Source of the DNA: Trichodelitschia bisporula
Taxonomy: Eukaryota
Direction of reading: 5' to 3'
DNA length: 64,000 nt
NCBI GenBank assembly: GCA_010356995.1
Contig: ML996695.1
Span: 71,061 to 135,060 of the forward strand
In this document: piece after piece, positions 25,710 to 41,078 of the stretch
How the letters are laid out: every line of letters begins with the position of its first letter
Numbering within the stretch: position 1 is the stretch's first letter
Notes under the pieces: model-generated
Database searches by the model: none
What the model saw: the letters and a program-made list of their open reading frames with translations, nothing else
What the model was told of the DNA's origin: nothing
Made by a program: the position numbers and the translations under genes

Positions 25710-26093
25710 CTACGTCACCACGCACAACAGCTCAGCCTCGAGGATAAACTTCCCCTCCTTGTACTTCTCGCTCGCCTCATACGCCTTGTCGTACTTCCAG
25801 CCCACCGTCTCCCTGCACTGCCTGCAGTAGATGTCACGCACAATGTGGCGTCCAGTCGTCATACTACGCTCGCCCGGATCGCCCTGCGTGACATTGACAA
25901 CCGTCTCGAAGAGGTACGCCTTGCCATGCTGGCCACGGAAGTTCTGCTCTGGGTTAGCTACGTCCACTGGCTACGAGAGGGGCCAACCGACGCGGCTCAT
26001 GATGTCGTCGTGGTAGCCCAGGTGCGTGTGGCAGTTCTTGCACCCGTAGACTTTGCTCGTGCAGTTGAGGTAGACGTTCCACGCGAGACCCAT
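25710..26093 (-). CDS. MOH1: Yippee-family zinc-binding protein
   Basis: MGLAWNVYL...YGCKNCHTHL...NFRGQHGKAYLF...MTTGRHIVRDIYCRQC...GWKYDKAYEASEKYKEGKFILE, with two CxxC motifs and one intron. Confidence 0.93.
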
Positions 26094-27895
26094 GGCTGCG
26101 GCTTGCGGCGACGTGTGATGCGGAGGCGCGGGCGGAGACGTAGCTTGTAAACGGAGCTGTTGGCCAAGTGCGGGGTCGAGGCTGTGTTAGCTACGCCTAG
26201 TGCTGACAGGCGCGTTGAGTATCTCTTCAAGTGCTTTCGCAAGTGCTTGATGTTGCAGAAGGAGCTCTGGTCAGCTGGCCGTGGAGGTTTAAGATAACAG
26301 CTGGGCCGGGGGGGAGGGGGTTGGCTGCAGCTGACACAGGTGAAACCTGCGTCTTGGACGTGTCTGTCGGGGAGGCCTCCAAGAGCCGCGCGCGCTTAGT
26401 GGTCTTCGGCCTGGTGATAGTGGGCCTTGGGTGAGACCACGTGATAGGCGGAGCTCTACCAGTACCGTAGCGATAGAGTTGGAGATAGAGCGATCTTGGA
26501 GGATGGATGGATGTGGGGGTTGTGGGTGGAGTAGGGTGGAGCGATGGGAGCTTGTCGGGCGGTACTGTGGATTGTTCCCGTGAGGTTTGTTTGACTGGCT
26601 GATTCACCTGGAGGCAGCAAGAGACTGTCAAGAGAGATGGACACAAAGCGAAGCAGATCGCGCACTGAAGATGGAGAGTGGTCTCTGGAAGAAAGACCAC
26701 GATACTGTGGAAGTCAGTGACGAGGAAGCAAGTAGAGAATGAACACGCTAGAAGCCAGTGATGAGGAGGGCAGCAAGGAGGAGAGCAAGTGAGGGGAAGA
26801 CTGCAGGGGAAGGAGTGAGGCAGTGACGCGGTCAGCTGCTATCCAGCTCTCACCAGCCACAGCATCCCGTTGTCGTCTGTGGCGCACATAATCGTCGGTG
26901 GCGTAACAGTGGTTCTTCTCCACATTCCGACGGTTTGCAGCCTTTTGCTCTCTGTCCATCTCGGCCTCTACTGCGATAACCTCACAGTTAGCCATCTACC
27001 GGAGAGTCGCGGCTCCTCACCAGAAGAAAGCCCCATCCGTGGACGGACGTCGCCATTTGCTTCTTCGCCGTACTCATGACGTCGACGCAATTTAAGATGG
27101 AACCAAATCCACGGAATACGGCTACATACTGTAGTACACGGCTATCACCATATTGTCATGCTGCTATTCAGTTGTCCAGACCATTTCGACCAGAAGGGCC
27201 GCGACCGTACTACGGTAAGGCCGGATCTCGGGCCTAGAAGATGCCCGCCTTGCATGCTCGATCCTCCTCAACTCGACATACTGAGCCGCTGTCTAGGTCG
27301 TTGCTTTAGCAAGCGCTTCTTCTACGGATGTACTATCCCTAGCATCTTACCACGGGTTCTTCTTTTGCCGGTGTCCAAGGTAAGGTTGCATCTGATGATT
27401 GTCGCGAGCATTGCCGATGCATGGCCATTGCCGGCCAGCATATCAAGGTATGGTAGCGATTGCCCTGGTGCTCACACTAAACCTACGCGTCAACCAGATT
27501 TCAATTGATCGCCTGAGATCAATTGGCATCGGTATCAGCCACTTCACGACCATATTCCCATATTTCAACCGCGTTTTCCCACTCTTGCAGCGAATTTGCA
27601 TCCAAAGTTGCCTCGGCGACGCATATCTGCGCCACACCGCCGGACCCCGGCCATCCATCAACACAGCGCGAACACCTCCAAAACAAAACCACGTCTCCTC
27701 CATTAAAGCAACTCTCGTACCTCTACATCCGTATCCCGCGTCCGAAAGTCAGAATCCAAACAATTCAAACCCACCCACCGTCAAAGCACGCGCCCAAACC
27801 TACCCAGCCCCAGCCGCGCCGCACAGACCTCCTCCCCCCCCCCCCCCCCGCGCTCCGACACCATCGTGCCCCAGCTTCAACCTCCCACCACCAAG

Positions 27896-28059
27896 ACGCG
27901 CCGCTCCACAGATTTACCGCGTCCACAAGCCTAAACGCGACGCGCCCTCCCGCCTCTCCAAATCACGTCTCCAGCCGGCGGTATATATTCCCAATTGACA
28001 TCACCCGCCCTCCGCAGCAACACGCAATTGCGCCCTGTTTACCCGTGTTTACCTACGCG
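27896..28059 (+). promoter_or_regulatory. Cluster of MCB-like (ACGCG) cores and tandem forkhead (TGTTTAC) sites upstream of the Nrm1/Whi5-like gene
   Basis: ACGCG at 27896, CGCGT at 27918, ACGCGACGCG at 27935-27944 and ACGCG at 28055. TGTTTAC at 28036-28042 and 28046-28052. All lie within 220 bp of the ATG at 28115. Confidence 0.55.
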
Positions 28060-28114
28060 CCTCACCACCAACCCACCACACGTCCCATCTCCAATCCTCA
28101 CCAAACACCACAAA

Positions 28115-28991
28115 ATGGCAACCCAAACCCGCCCGCCCCTCACCCCCCTCCCCCCCAACATCCACACCACCTCCGCGAGCGCGACTTCACCCCTCAAGCA
28201 CGCCTCCCGCCCTCTCACGCCCGCTACTCTCCTCGCACGAAGCACATCCTCCCCCCGCAAGCGCCCCATCTCTGCCGTCTCCTCACCTGAGCAAAACACC
28301 CGCGTCTCTGCCCCGCCCGCACCCTCACACGCGTCTCAAACACCCTCCGCACACGCATCCCAAACACCCACACCAGCGCCCAGCTCCCCCGCCCCTGCAC
28401 CCTCAAACTCCTTCTCCTCGCTCATAGACTACGATCCCACCACCTCCTCCAGCAGCGAGCGGTGCGCGTCCAGCAGCCCGCCCACTATGAGCGCCCCAAC
28501 ACCGACCCAGGCCACACCTGCGTGCCGTCCCGTGCGGGGCGCGAGATCCGTGGGTTTACTCGAGTGTGTTCTTGGGACAATGCTAATGAAGTTAGAGTAT
28601 TGAGCTCATGCGCCTGCGCCTACGCGTCGCGATCTTCAAAGTCGAGACCGGGCAGACTACCGTCCCGCTCGCAAATCTACGCCTGCCCACGCCTCCTCCG
28701 CAACGCGAACACGTCGCATCCCCCAAGGTCGCGAGCCTCCTCCCCGCCCCGGATCTGGCCCCACGCCGATGCGCGCTGCCTTCGAGTCCGCCCGCGGAGC
28801 TGAGACGGGACGAGAGCTCGACGACCCAGGATAGTGAGCGGACGGTGGAGGATACGCCGCGGGAGGCGGCGGCGTTGCTGGAGTTGGCGATGGGGAGGAC
28901 GACTGGGGGACTGGAGGGGAGGACGACTGGAGGACTGGAAGGGGGGGCGGCAGCGGGGCTGATTGAGCTTATGAGGAGTGGGTCTAGGTGA
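28115..28991 (+). CDS. Nrm1/Whi5-family G1/S transcriptional repressor-like protein
   Basis: Intron at 28550-28595 joins two track ORFs in frame. Contains a GTB-like motif ELMRLRLRVAIFKVETGQT, many SP/TP (CDK-type) sites, SFSSLIDYDP and a C-terminal AAAGLIELM. Confidence 0.75.
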
Positions 28992-31035
28992 TGGGGTTGC
29001 GGGTTGGGCATTGGGATTTATGAGAGATGATAGGATGGGTTTGGTTTGCTTCTTGGTTGGGGGTGGGGGTTTTGGATTGGAGTGTTATACCAGGTGTGTC
29101 TTTTGAGCTTTTGGGTAGGAATGCATGAGTTATGAGATGCGGCGGTGCGTGAGGCGTGGTGACTTGGGTGGAGTGGGTGAGGAGGGACGCGAGCCTGGAG
29201 AACAGTGAGATATTGCGCTCATCCTTCGCAGTTCACGCAGCACAGACTTGATCGGACTCACGAGGACGAGAAAAGCGTGCGTGTCGGGATCTTAAGATCA
29301 TCCCGTCAGCATGATGGCAGTTCCTGCTCCTCCAAATCGAAGATTGAAGTAGAAGACAAAGAGAGTCAGAGAGTCAGACTCTCGATATTTAAATACACTA
29401 TGTCAAGTATTCTCCTTTGCTCCTTTCTCCAACTATGCGCTCATTACATCATGACCCTTAGGATGTACTTTCCTTGACATAAGAATGCTCCTTCCATGTC
29501 CACATCACTGTGGGTCTGGAGCAGAATATGGGACGGAGAGGATCGCAGGATCTGTAACTACGACTCAACAATCCACAAGAGAAAGCTTGCAACCTGCGCG
29601 CTGTTCACGACATCCCCCGCCAACATGAACAGTCCCCATCACCCTCGGTGAAGTCAGCCCCAGCGAGCCCTTCCACACCGATGAACAGCTCTCCACCTCC
29701 CCCATCCCAAACGCTCCGTCGTACAACATGCGGCTCCGCCCACGTTCCGAGCAGCGTAGCACAAAGGGGAGGCGGCGACCTCGTCACGAAGCCTCAGGTG
29801 GAGAAGAACGGAAAATACATCGACGGACAGCCTGTAACTTGCGGCGCGAGGCTGGATCGATCACGTAACCTTAAAGGTGCACGCCTATCCGCGCTGCAGC
29901 CTACAATCTCAAATGCGTAAGAGGCAAGAGGCATGAGCGCGCCCTCCTCCCGTCCGTCGCGCCGCCCTCATCAGTCGGGAAATTGATGCCATGCGTCGCA
30001 AACATCCTCAAGCTCACACCCCCAGACTGCATGTGCGAAGGCTACTTCCGGGAGGCCGTCATTGGCTCATCCGGGCGGGACTCGAAACTGCATGAGCGTG
30101 AATGCGTACCCGATGTTCCTCGGGTTCCCTGCAGCGGCTCTGCGAAACGTCTGGGATGGGCGGTTGGCCGGGGTGTTTTGAACCGTACCTTGCGGCGCCA
30201 AGGCGGGTAGGTGCAGCGGGCTCGGCGGCTGCGACGTCGGCGGTTGAGGCGGGGAAGAGTATCAGTTCTAGTGAAGATGGAGGATAGTGATCATAGACTT
30301 TGAAGTCTTATCAAAGATGGGATGAACAAAAGGGATGTAGGATTTGGGGATTTAGCAGAGGAAGTTGAGGTTGAGACGAGATGGTTGTGGTGAGCGAAAA
30401 CTTCACCATCGCGACTTTACCACCACTGACGGCATCTAGGCGCCATCGCGGGGGTTTCCGGCGGTTAGAACGCAGGGGCATCCGATCTTCCGCGTGGCGG
30501 GTGCAGAAACGCGGGGTCGAGACTATCAGCCTTGCGAACCGGATCTGCGTCCTCGGACGATGACCCCCCGCGCAGGGTCGAGATATAAAGACCCCGCCTT
30601 TGTCTCTCGAGACACAACCACATCCCAGACGGACGAATCGACGGTTAGCGTTCACTCTCTCGCTCTTTTGAACAAAAGCTCTCTTGCGCTGGTCGCCAAG
30701 GGTTTTGTTTGCTGTTGTCGTTCTTTACCCCCAGTGTCCGGCGAGTGAGGGAGAGGCTTCGATTACTGTCCTTCGGCACCTGTCTCCCGCAACGACGCGT
30801 CCACTCACTATCGATCTGTTCCACGGCCTTTGTTCCGCATTGTCTGGCTCAACTGTGACCGTTTGTCAGTTCACTCCTCGGCGGTTCTAGAGGTTCTTAA
30901 ACGCCACCACCCTCCCCTCCCTTCCAGCATTCTCCTTTCGCGACCCTCGTTCTACGCAAGGACCTTTTACAGAGTCCATTTTCAAACCTTTTTAACTTTT
31001 ACACTCCCTTTACAACCACAACCATAACCGCAAGG

Positions 31036-32535
<1,500 letters not shown>

Positions 32536-33953
32536 GGTGTGCGATCTTCGATGGACTGTGTTAGCTATGGATTTTGTACCATAGTAGGAGATGGAGTCGA
32601 TTGTTTCGATATGCATTCTCGGTGTCTGGCGGCTGCATTGTTGGCGCTAAAACGGTGTGTTCTTTGAGAAAAGAATGAATTGATGATTTGTGCGATTATG
32701 CGGTGCTGTGACTGGCTATGTGCTGTGAATGAGTCCCTGGACTTGTGGCAGTAAGTGATATGTCCCAATTCTACAGTAGTACGAGTCTGCCCAGACCAGA
32801 CATACTCTATCACCTCCCAGGCCATGCCTAGAGAGTAGAGTCATGAAACGGACGAAGGGCTAGGTAAAAAAAGTCGTGGCAAGCTTTTCATCGGTGGCCT
32901 CTAACAACACCCGCCAGAGAGGTGACACGACTTTTTTGCCCTGGCACTTGAACCCTTAGTCGCAAAGTGATATGCCCCAGATTCTCGTCTGCTCGTGCCT
33001 GTGATGTAGACGAGGCAGGAGCATCTCTTACTCTAGGGAAGGAACATGATGTAAGGCGCACATGAGAGGAGGAAGCAGCGTAGGAGGATACTTCGCATCG
33101 TGGATTTATTCTCGAGACTCTCTCTCTCACCCTCTCCTCTCCGTCTCTTTCATCGACCTTTCGCTTTACACCATAGCCTTTACGCGTGTCGAGTCTATGC
33201 TCCCATCAGCCTGAACGCCCAAAATCAACGACGTCCGCTGCCTGTGTCACACGTCCAGGCAGCCGCATGTGGCACGAACATCCACCTCTCACGCCGACGA
33301 CAGCCTCCGACCTCACAATCATCAAGATGCATCGTGCAGTCAATATTCCTCGGCCGTGGGCTCCAACCCCGTGGTGCAGTCAAACGAGTCCAGAGCATGA
33401 ATCGCCAAGCGCGTTTGATTGGGTGGCGATGGTCGTTTTGCACGGTGCCTGTCCTGTGGTGAAGTTCGGACTGGGATCGGATAGGCTGGAGAAGAGAGTG
33501 TGCGGTCGAGTTTCGCCCCCGTAAGTTAAAGTGCTGGGGTTGCTTGGGAGCAGGTGATATCGCGCTGCCTACGCGTGGCAAAGTGGAACGCCGTGTGTCG
33601 GCCGTGTTTGAAAAGCGCGTAGTGCGCGGGCGAGACCGTCGGACTTTTGGACTGAGCAACCTCAGAGCAACGTCCAACCTTCAAAATTTAGCACTCGTGT
33701 GCGCTGATCCCGAAGCGCTGCGCACTGCACGCCACGGCACGCCCGCCGACGGGCCGGACCGGTTGTCTCGGGCAACGGGCGATCCGATCGCGCATCTCAG
33801 ACCGCCTTCCGGTGGGGAGCGCCACCCGCGACAACGTTCTCGTTGCCGGGAAACCACAAGGCAGCACGATGTACCACGGAGATTGCGAAATAACGAATTG
33901 ACGGCTTATGACCCTTTAACGACTCGACGGCTGCGATACTGGATACGGACGGG

Positions 33954-35566
33954 ATGGTGATGCAAACGGGCTTGCTGAAGGTGCCGTTACGCCCGCGGGT
34001 GAAGGGGGTGAAGACGGCGCCTCCAAGGGTGGGGAGGGAGAAAGAGGAGGGTGTGGTTTATCCTACGCTGCCGGTTGTGGAGGGTGAGGATGAGGATATG
34101 GTGACGGCTGGGGGGGAGGTGTGCCCGACTTGTATGCAGGTGCTGTCGGCTGGCGTGAAGGTGCTGCCGGGGATGAAGATGTGGAAGAGCGAGGAGAGGG
34201 GGACGCTGAAGGGCCACAGAGGGGATTCTGATGAGTCGGATGAGAAAGACTGGGTTACCGTTGCTGCCACCGCGGACGGTACGATGACACATCGACACAT
34301 GCACAAGACCAACGCTGCGGACCAAAAACCTAAAACCGCACCCCATCCCCAGCCTCGCCAACGCCCTCACCCCGCCGCTCCTCACCCCGCCGCTCCTTAA
34401 CCGACTATCCAAGTCTCAGCAATATCCCTCCTAACCGCCCCTCCCTCCCCAGAGCCCACCAACCTGCCACCAACAGAATCCGGCTCATCACTACCGAACC
34501 TCCATCCCCCGCACCCCTCGCCCCCTCTTCCCTCCGCACACACCTCGCCTCAACCCTCCCCTTCAACGCCCTAGCCGGCCTCTTCTTCCCGCCTCACCCA
34601 CGACACCCAACCCATCAACCCTGCCTCAGCACCCTCACCCCCTCGCTCTCTCCATGCCCGCACGCAACCTCTGCCCCCACGGTTAAGAATTGGGTCCGTG
34701 CGATGCGGATCGTGGAATTCAAGCCTAACCCGGCGGGAAGGAACGTCTCGGAACGCCAGCCCCTGACCAAGCCGGCGAGTCCGCCGAAGGGAAAAAACGA
34801 TGCCGGGGAACGCCGCGCCCCCGCGAAAACGGAGAGCCAGCCGAAGGACAAACGCCCCGAACCGACGACACTTGCCTTCCGGCCCCGCGCACACGCAGCC
34901 TCGCCCTTCACCCAACTCACCGCAGCCCGGCTGGCCCCCTTAGCCATCATGTCCCCGCCAACCGACTTCGCCGCGACGCGCCAACCCCCAACCGCACCCG
35001 CACCAGCACTCACACCACCTACTGCCCCCGCCCCCCCCCTCCAAACCCGTACCACAACCCTCACAACCATCGCCATCCCCACCCCCCGCCGCTCAGACTC
35101 CACCCTCGTCACAACCCTCACCGCCGCAATCCCCTCAACCAATCCACCCCCCACCTTCCGCACAACCCCCCCCCCAAACCCGCCCGCACCCGCCCTCCTC
35201 CCCCACACCCAACAAGCCCTGCACTTGCTCTGCTTGGCCGTACTACCCGAGGACTTGCTTTCGCTCCTCGAAGCCGAGCCAGAGCGGTGCGTAGCTTTCC
35301 TGCCCACCGGGCCTCTCCCACCCCCTTATTCCCTCCACCCTACTCAGCCGCCCCTCCCCCAGCCCTCCCCGCCGCTCCCGCCCCGCCCACGGCTTCAACC
35401 GCCTCACGCGCGGGATCCGCCACGGCTGGCTAAGGCTATGGCGGGACTAGTGAAGGGCGTGTATCGTCTAGGGGGCCATCGGTATGCGGGGTGGCTTGGG
35501 GTTCGGAGGGTGAGGGGCTTCCTGGGAGCGGGAGATGAGGAGGATATGAGGGTTGTGAGGGGGTAG
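33954..35566 (+). CDS. Pro/Thr-rich hypothetical protein, two-exon model (~510 aa)
   Basis: A putative intron at 34279-34352 (GTACGA...CTAAA...CAG) joins ORF 33954 in frame to the open frame that runs into ORF 34703-35566. No recognisable domain. Confidence 0.45.
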
Positions 35567-36277
35567 ACTGGGAGGGTTACGGGGGGTTTGGTGAGGGATG
35601 AGGATTTGGGGGTGCCGGGTTGATGGCCGTCAAGGGAGGGCGGAAGGCGGAGATGGGCAAGGGAGGAGCAGGCAATCGTATTAAGTACAGCCCGCGGTTC
35701 TGCTGACGAGCCTTGACGCCCCGGCTGTCGCCTTTGAGGTAGCAGATGTCCTAGGCGCACTTATGACGATGTTTTTTGCGGGCGTCTTTGCTATAACCAT
35801 AACTGCGTTCGCTTCGCTGTGTTCGTCTCGCCCCGCGGCGGTGTTTTGCCGTGTTTTCTGCTTCCCAATCCCTTGTCGCTCGTTCCCGGGCCTGGGGGTG
35901 ATGGAAGCTAAGCTCTAACACGTGCAACGGCAACTGTGTAAACTGAAGATTGAAGCAGAAAGACTCAGAGACTCTTCGAGACTGAAGTACACGATGCCAA
36001 TTATCATACTTTGCTCCTTCCATGTCCACATCAGGGGGAGAGGTTGCGATCCATGCATATTCTATTCCCATGCTAGAATCCATATATACACTGTACCGGT
36101 ACACCGAAACCCACCCACGTAGTGGAAAACTTGAAGAAACGAACCCGAACAACCGCAGGTACCGAACGCCAGCCGCAAGTGTCTACGCGCTCCAAACTCC
36201 GTCTGCCTCTCTCCCTCTCCCTCTCCCTCTCCCTCCCTCTCACCCCCTATCCACCCTCCCCCCCACCCCCCCCAAAC

Positions 36278-37691
36278 CTAAATATGCTCCACCGGCCCCT
36301 CAGGCAACAACTCCCCCTCCCTTTCCCCAAGACACGCCTTCAACGGCGGCCTAACAATATCATTAAACAAAAACGTCCCATACACCAGCAGCGCGAAACC
36401 CGCGACCTGAAGCCACTTAAAGTGTTCCCACCCCAGTCCCAGACTCACAATCCAAATAAACAGCGTGCGGCACGTATCAATCGTGCTCCTGCTCGTCGCG
36501 CTGACACTCCTCGTCACGGAGAGGCCAAAGAAATTGAATCCCCTACACCAGTTAGCCCCCTCCTCAAACCCCACACCTCAACCAGGACAGGATCACTCAC
36601 CCAATGCTCACCATAATCGCCAAACTACTCCACCCAATCGCCGGATAATGCGTAATCTCCCTCAACCCCTCCCTCATATCAAAATACGAGTACTGCCCCG
36701 CCTCCGTCCGCCCATACACCGCATGCCCCACCCCCATCCCCAGCACCGTAACCACAAACCCCCACAACCCCTCCCACCCCACCGCCCTCAACGGCTCAAC
36801 ATTATAAACCTCCATAATCCGCTCCTCAAGCACAAACTGACTCGCCGTGAACACCTGCGCCGCAGCAATGAGCCCCACGCCCAGCAGAGCCCTCAATGCA
36901 AACACCGGCTTCTTCACCCCCACCGCTTCCCCCTTAACCCCATCCTGACTCAACGACCCCGCAAGCCCAACAAGCGCCACACCCGCCACAACCACAAACA
37001 ACGCAAACCATTTATACGCCCCCAGTCTGCGCTTCAGGAACACAACACTAAAGAGCCCGACGAAGAGCACCAAGGCGCCACGCGTCATCTGGTAAATACT
37101 CGCCGCGACAAACAGCAACCCGACATTCATCAGCGTCGTCCCCGCGATATCGGCGCAGGCCGGCAGCGCCAATAACCCCACCCTCCACCCCGTCATCGGC
37201 TTCCTGTCCCCACCGTGCGAGATCAGACTCGCGGAGAGCGGGTCCATTTCATCGTCGTCTAAAGTGGCTGCGTCGGCGTCGGCGTCGTCGCCCAGCGTGG
37301 CCCCGTCGTAGGAGTCCGAGGCTGGGGCGGCGAGGAGCGGGCTTGTTTCGCCGCGGGTGGGCTTGGTGAAGGGGAGGGTGTGGCGGCGGCGCCAGAGGGC
37401 GACGAGCCCGATGACGAGCCAGGAGCCCATTTCGCCGATGAACATTTGGGCGGTTTGGAGGACGGGTTGGGAGAAGAGGATGTGGTTCGATGGATCCGGG
37501 TCGGTGCAGTTGCGGACGCATTGGTTGTCCTGGGGTGGGTAGGTTAGTGGGTGGTTGGGAGGGAGAGGGTTAGAGGGTGAGAGGGAGAGAGGGGGGGTGG
37601 TACGCACTTGGTATTTGGTGAGCAGCGTGTTGCACACGCCTGTGAACAGCATCATCCCGACGAGGAACGGGATCGTGCCTTTAGCAGGCAT
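36278..37691 (-). CDS. SLC35F6-like drug/metabolite (nucleotide-sugar) transporter
   Basis: Motifs TGVCNTLLTKYQD, FSQPVLQTAQMFIGEM, LPACADIAGTTLMNVGL, SIYQMTRGALVLF and FNFFGLSVTRSVSATSRSTIDTCRT. Two introns. Confidence 0.9.
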
Positions 37692-39172
37692 GATGGCGAG
37701 CGTAGCGAGCCTCGTCTACGTGATTGTCGTTGGGAAGTTGGACGTCGAGCGAGTGAAGTGTAGTGAAGCGTAGTGAAGCGTAGTGGAGCGTGGAGTGGAG
37801 CAGACCGTAGGCAGTGGAGTTAGAGTCAGCGTAGCCGCCGACTAACGAGAACGTCTATCAGCTTCTCGAATTCGAACAATGATGGGATGAATGAAGGAGC
37901 AAGAGAAAGCGAACTGTCGTTGTCCACGCGATGGGAGCTGTGAGCTGTGAGCTGTACCTGATCCTGGGCCGTCGTGCAGCGGTGGCTGACGTAGTCATCG
38001 GACCTGAACGTGGCTGGGGCCAGATGAGCCATGCACGTGATGCAGCCTCGCTTTATCCGGCCAAAGTCCGGATATAGAAGTGGGCCATGGCGATTAAGAG
38101 AAGATCTCGAAAAGATCAGAAGGCTGCCATGCCTTTAGTTACCGTAGCGTCCCGAACAGCACCCTTGAGCGCGACTGACATCCAACTTCACTTATCACTC
38201 ACAGCAGCAGGACAGCAGAGCAACGCTCAACAAAACGGACACACATCCGCATTGAATTCCACCAGGCCACAGCCGGCTACACTACCAGCCTTCCGCAACC
38301 TATTCCGCCTCGACGGCCCACAGCAACCTGTCATATCCTATTTACCCACCTCCTCTTCCCTGATCCCATAACTAAGCCAGCAAACTCCAGCTTCTCTCTC
38401 CCACACTTCCCCCTCTCCCCTATTCCCACAACCAAGCCTCAATCTCCATCTCCAGCTTCTTCCTCTCCTCCTCCCTCTTCATCCCCGCCGCCCAACACAC
38501 ACAACACCCCGCAACACACCCCGTCTCCCCCACCATCTGCGCGTACGACCAGCCTACAATTCCCTCGTCAGTCCAGTTCAAAACTCCCCAGTCAGTCCAG
38601 TCAGCACTTGACAAGCCCAGCTCGGGAAACACACAGTGCGCTTGCAAAAGCCCAGCGGACAGGAAAACAACGCCACAGCCCAAAAAACCACAATCCCGCA
38701 TGTGCATGGTGATAGGAACGGAACCACCCCACCTCGTCCCGGAAATATAGCGTAGAAGCAAGTAGAAGAAAACACCCCCACCCCCGGGGTAATGAGCGTC
38801 AAGAACGAAACCGAAGTCTATATGCCGAAAAACAAAGGGCAGAAAAGCCACCGCTCCCCCACCCAGTAGAGACAGACGTAAAAGCCGCGTCCCAGTCCCG
38901 CCGCCCCTCGTCAACGTATGCCGTTCACGAGTCCTCCCAAAAGCCCAGTAACCCAGTATCCATATGTTCCCATGTCCCAGCCCCGAAACCCAGAATGAGA
39001 AAACGCCGCGGTATCGACCATTCCCACCAGAGTCGAACGAAAATAAAATAAAAGTGTATAAGTGGGCCACCACCCAAAAACGTTCCAGTTGATGGACAGA
39101 GGCGATGCTCAACGAAAAAAAGCGGAGAGTCGTGTTCGCGGCCAGCACGGGACGAGGAAAATATAAGATCCT

Positions 39173-40354
39173 CTACATGCTCCCCATGCGCAGGAGCGCC
39201 TCGACCGCCTCCTTCTCTTCCATAGACCCGCAGGTCGCAACGAAAACGCCGTTACTGATGCTCGTACCCGTCCCGTAAGACCCCCCAGACGCCGATTTCT
39301 GATCGCTCCTAGATTGCCGTCCGAGATTGCCGTTGATGTTGCTCGTGCTCTGCGGCACCGAAGACCCCGCCCGCGGCGACGCGCCCGCCCGCACCATGCT
39401 CCCCGTCAGCGTCATCGTGAGCATATGGTAATTCCGCAGCCTAGCCTGCGGAGTGTCCCACTTTGACCGGAGGGCCTGTGGTCCCTGCTGAGCCCAGTCC
39501 TCCTCGTCCGTCGCGTCGCTCGGATTATCGGAAACGGCGTCTGCAGCGTATTGGTCGCCGTCCAAGCTCATCTTGTCGGCTTCGTGCTCGGCCATGTCCA
39601 CATCATCCATGTCCTCGTCGGGCGCCGACATGACTGAGTCGTTCCAGCTCGCGCCGGAATAGATATCGCGCCGCGTGACGTTGTTCGGCCGCGCCCCTTT
39701 CGGGATCTGCAGACCAGTGCTGTTGAATGCCGGCGGCATGGGGTTGGACCCTGGCGTCGGCGCCGAGCCCTCCGAGCGGCGGTGCGCGGTCCAGCGACCC
39801 CAGCCCGTCTTCACAAACTGGACATCGCCGTTGGGACCACCGCCGTTGGGAGACTCAAGAGCAGCGACGACGATACGACGCGCCTTGGCCGCAGGGAGCT
39901 TCGAAAACCCGGGCAGCACTGCCGTGAGATGCGCGAGGATGAAGCGGATGGCGAGCGCTTCCTCCTGACCCAGGAGCGCAGCCGGGATGTAGTCGCGAGC
40001 GAGCATGGCCGCCGTTATCTGGCCCGCGGCCTCAACACCAGAGAGCGCAGCGCTCGACAGCGCCTGCGGATGGCCCTGACTGGCTTCGTGTGCGACGGCT
40101 TCTTCAAGGTCAATATCGGAGTCGACGTGTGGTGGTGGATGGCTGGAACTAGCCGATACGGAACGGACTTTGTGTGGAGGGAGCGTGGGGGATATAGAGT
40201 TTGGTGGAGTCGGAAGCATGGCTTGATGCTTGGAAGGAACGAGATACGTGCTCGGATGGCCAGCATCACGAGTCTTTGGGTTATTATAATGACCTTGCTG
40301 AGCGGCGAAGGCAGCCGCGATGTTGGAAACTGGCTTCATGGTGTTGGAAGACAT
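39173..40354 (-). CDS. STB3: Stb3-like Sin3-binding / RRPE-binding transcription regulator
   Basis: Stb3 domain ITAAML...LAIRFILAHLTAVLPGFSKLPAAKARRIVVAALE...FVKTGWGRW, plus TDEEDW and a C-terminal EAVEALLRM. Intronless. Confidence 0.88.
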   Translation of the reverse strand: MSSNTMKPVSNIAAAFAAQQGHYNNPKTRDAGHPSTYLVPSKHQAMLPTPPNSISPTLPPHKVRSVSASSSHPPPHVDSDIDLEEAVAHEASQGHPQALSSAALSGVEAAGQITAAMLARDYIPAALLGQEEALAIRFILAHLTAVLPGFSKLPAAKARRIVVAALESPNGGGPNGDVQFVKTGWGRWTAHRRSEGSAPTPGSNPMPPAFNSTGLQIPKGARPNNVTRRDIYSGASWNDSVMSAPDEDMDDVDMAEHEADKMSLDGDQYAADAVSDNPSDATDEEDWAQQGPQALRSKWDTPQARLRNYHMLTMTLTGSMVRAGASPRAGSSVPQSTSNINGNLGRQSRSDQKSASGGSYGTGTSISNGVFVATCGSMEEKEAVEALLRMGSM

Positions 40355-41078
40355 GGTTGCGGTTGAAGGCGGATGATTAGGCTGTCTGTTGCGCGTTGTG
40401 AGTCAGCCTGGGAATCGTCGGACAATGAGAAGCGGAGCGGGTTCGGGAGAGAGGAGGGAAAGGAGGCGCGCACACTTTGTTTGGATAAATAGTGGCGACG
40501 GTAAAGTGAGAAAGAGCGATTGCGCAAAGGGAGCAGAGACAGCTGGTGCAGGGTAGGGAGGAATGAAGCGTGTGGAGAAGCGGCGTTGTCCGAAGAGATG
40601 GGGATTAAGGGCAAGCGCTAGGTAACTGGGGTATTCGCGATAAAGCGGGGAGCTGGAGGTGCAGCGCGAAAGGAAAGCAGCGACGAAGATGCGCGCGTGT
40701 ATTAAGAAAGTGTATAGGGGCCTTTGGATATACTGACTCTGACGGGACTGGGACGATTTGTTGGATAGCAGTTGACGGAAACTCGATGATGTTGGTTGTT
40801 GATGTTGATGTTGAGGAGAGGAAGCAGGCAGGGCGGAGGGCGGAGGCGGAGCAGTTGAATGGAATGCGCGCACGCTACGCCTGCGGGCCTGTTGATGGGT
40901 GCCAAGCCCTGTCTTCTGGCTCACACTCACTTTCACAGCCAGGCAGGCAGCCAGGCAGGCGCTCATTTGCGGCGTGCACACCAGATCACTCAATTCACTC
41001 TCACCACACAAACCCCCCAGTCAGCAAGAAAGAGTGTGTCCAGCTGCCAACCCACCCACGTCCACCACACTACCACAC

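Noticed and set aside
38420..39148. 242-aa hydrophobic minus-strand ORF downstream of STB3
   Set aside because: It has a non-ATG start, T/G-rich composition typical of a 3' UTR, and no recognisable family.
40399..40405. TGAGTCA 45 bp upstream of the STB3 ATG
   Set aside because: It is a single 7-mer, probably within a long 5' UTR, with no supporting context.
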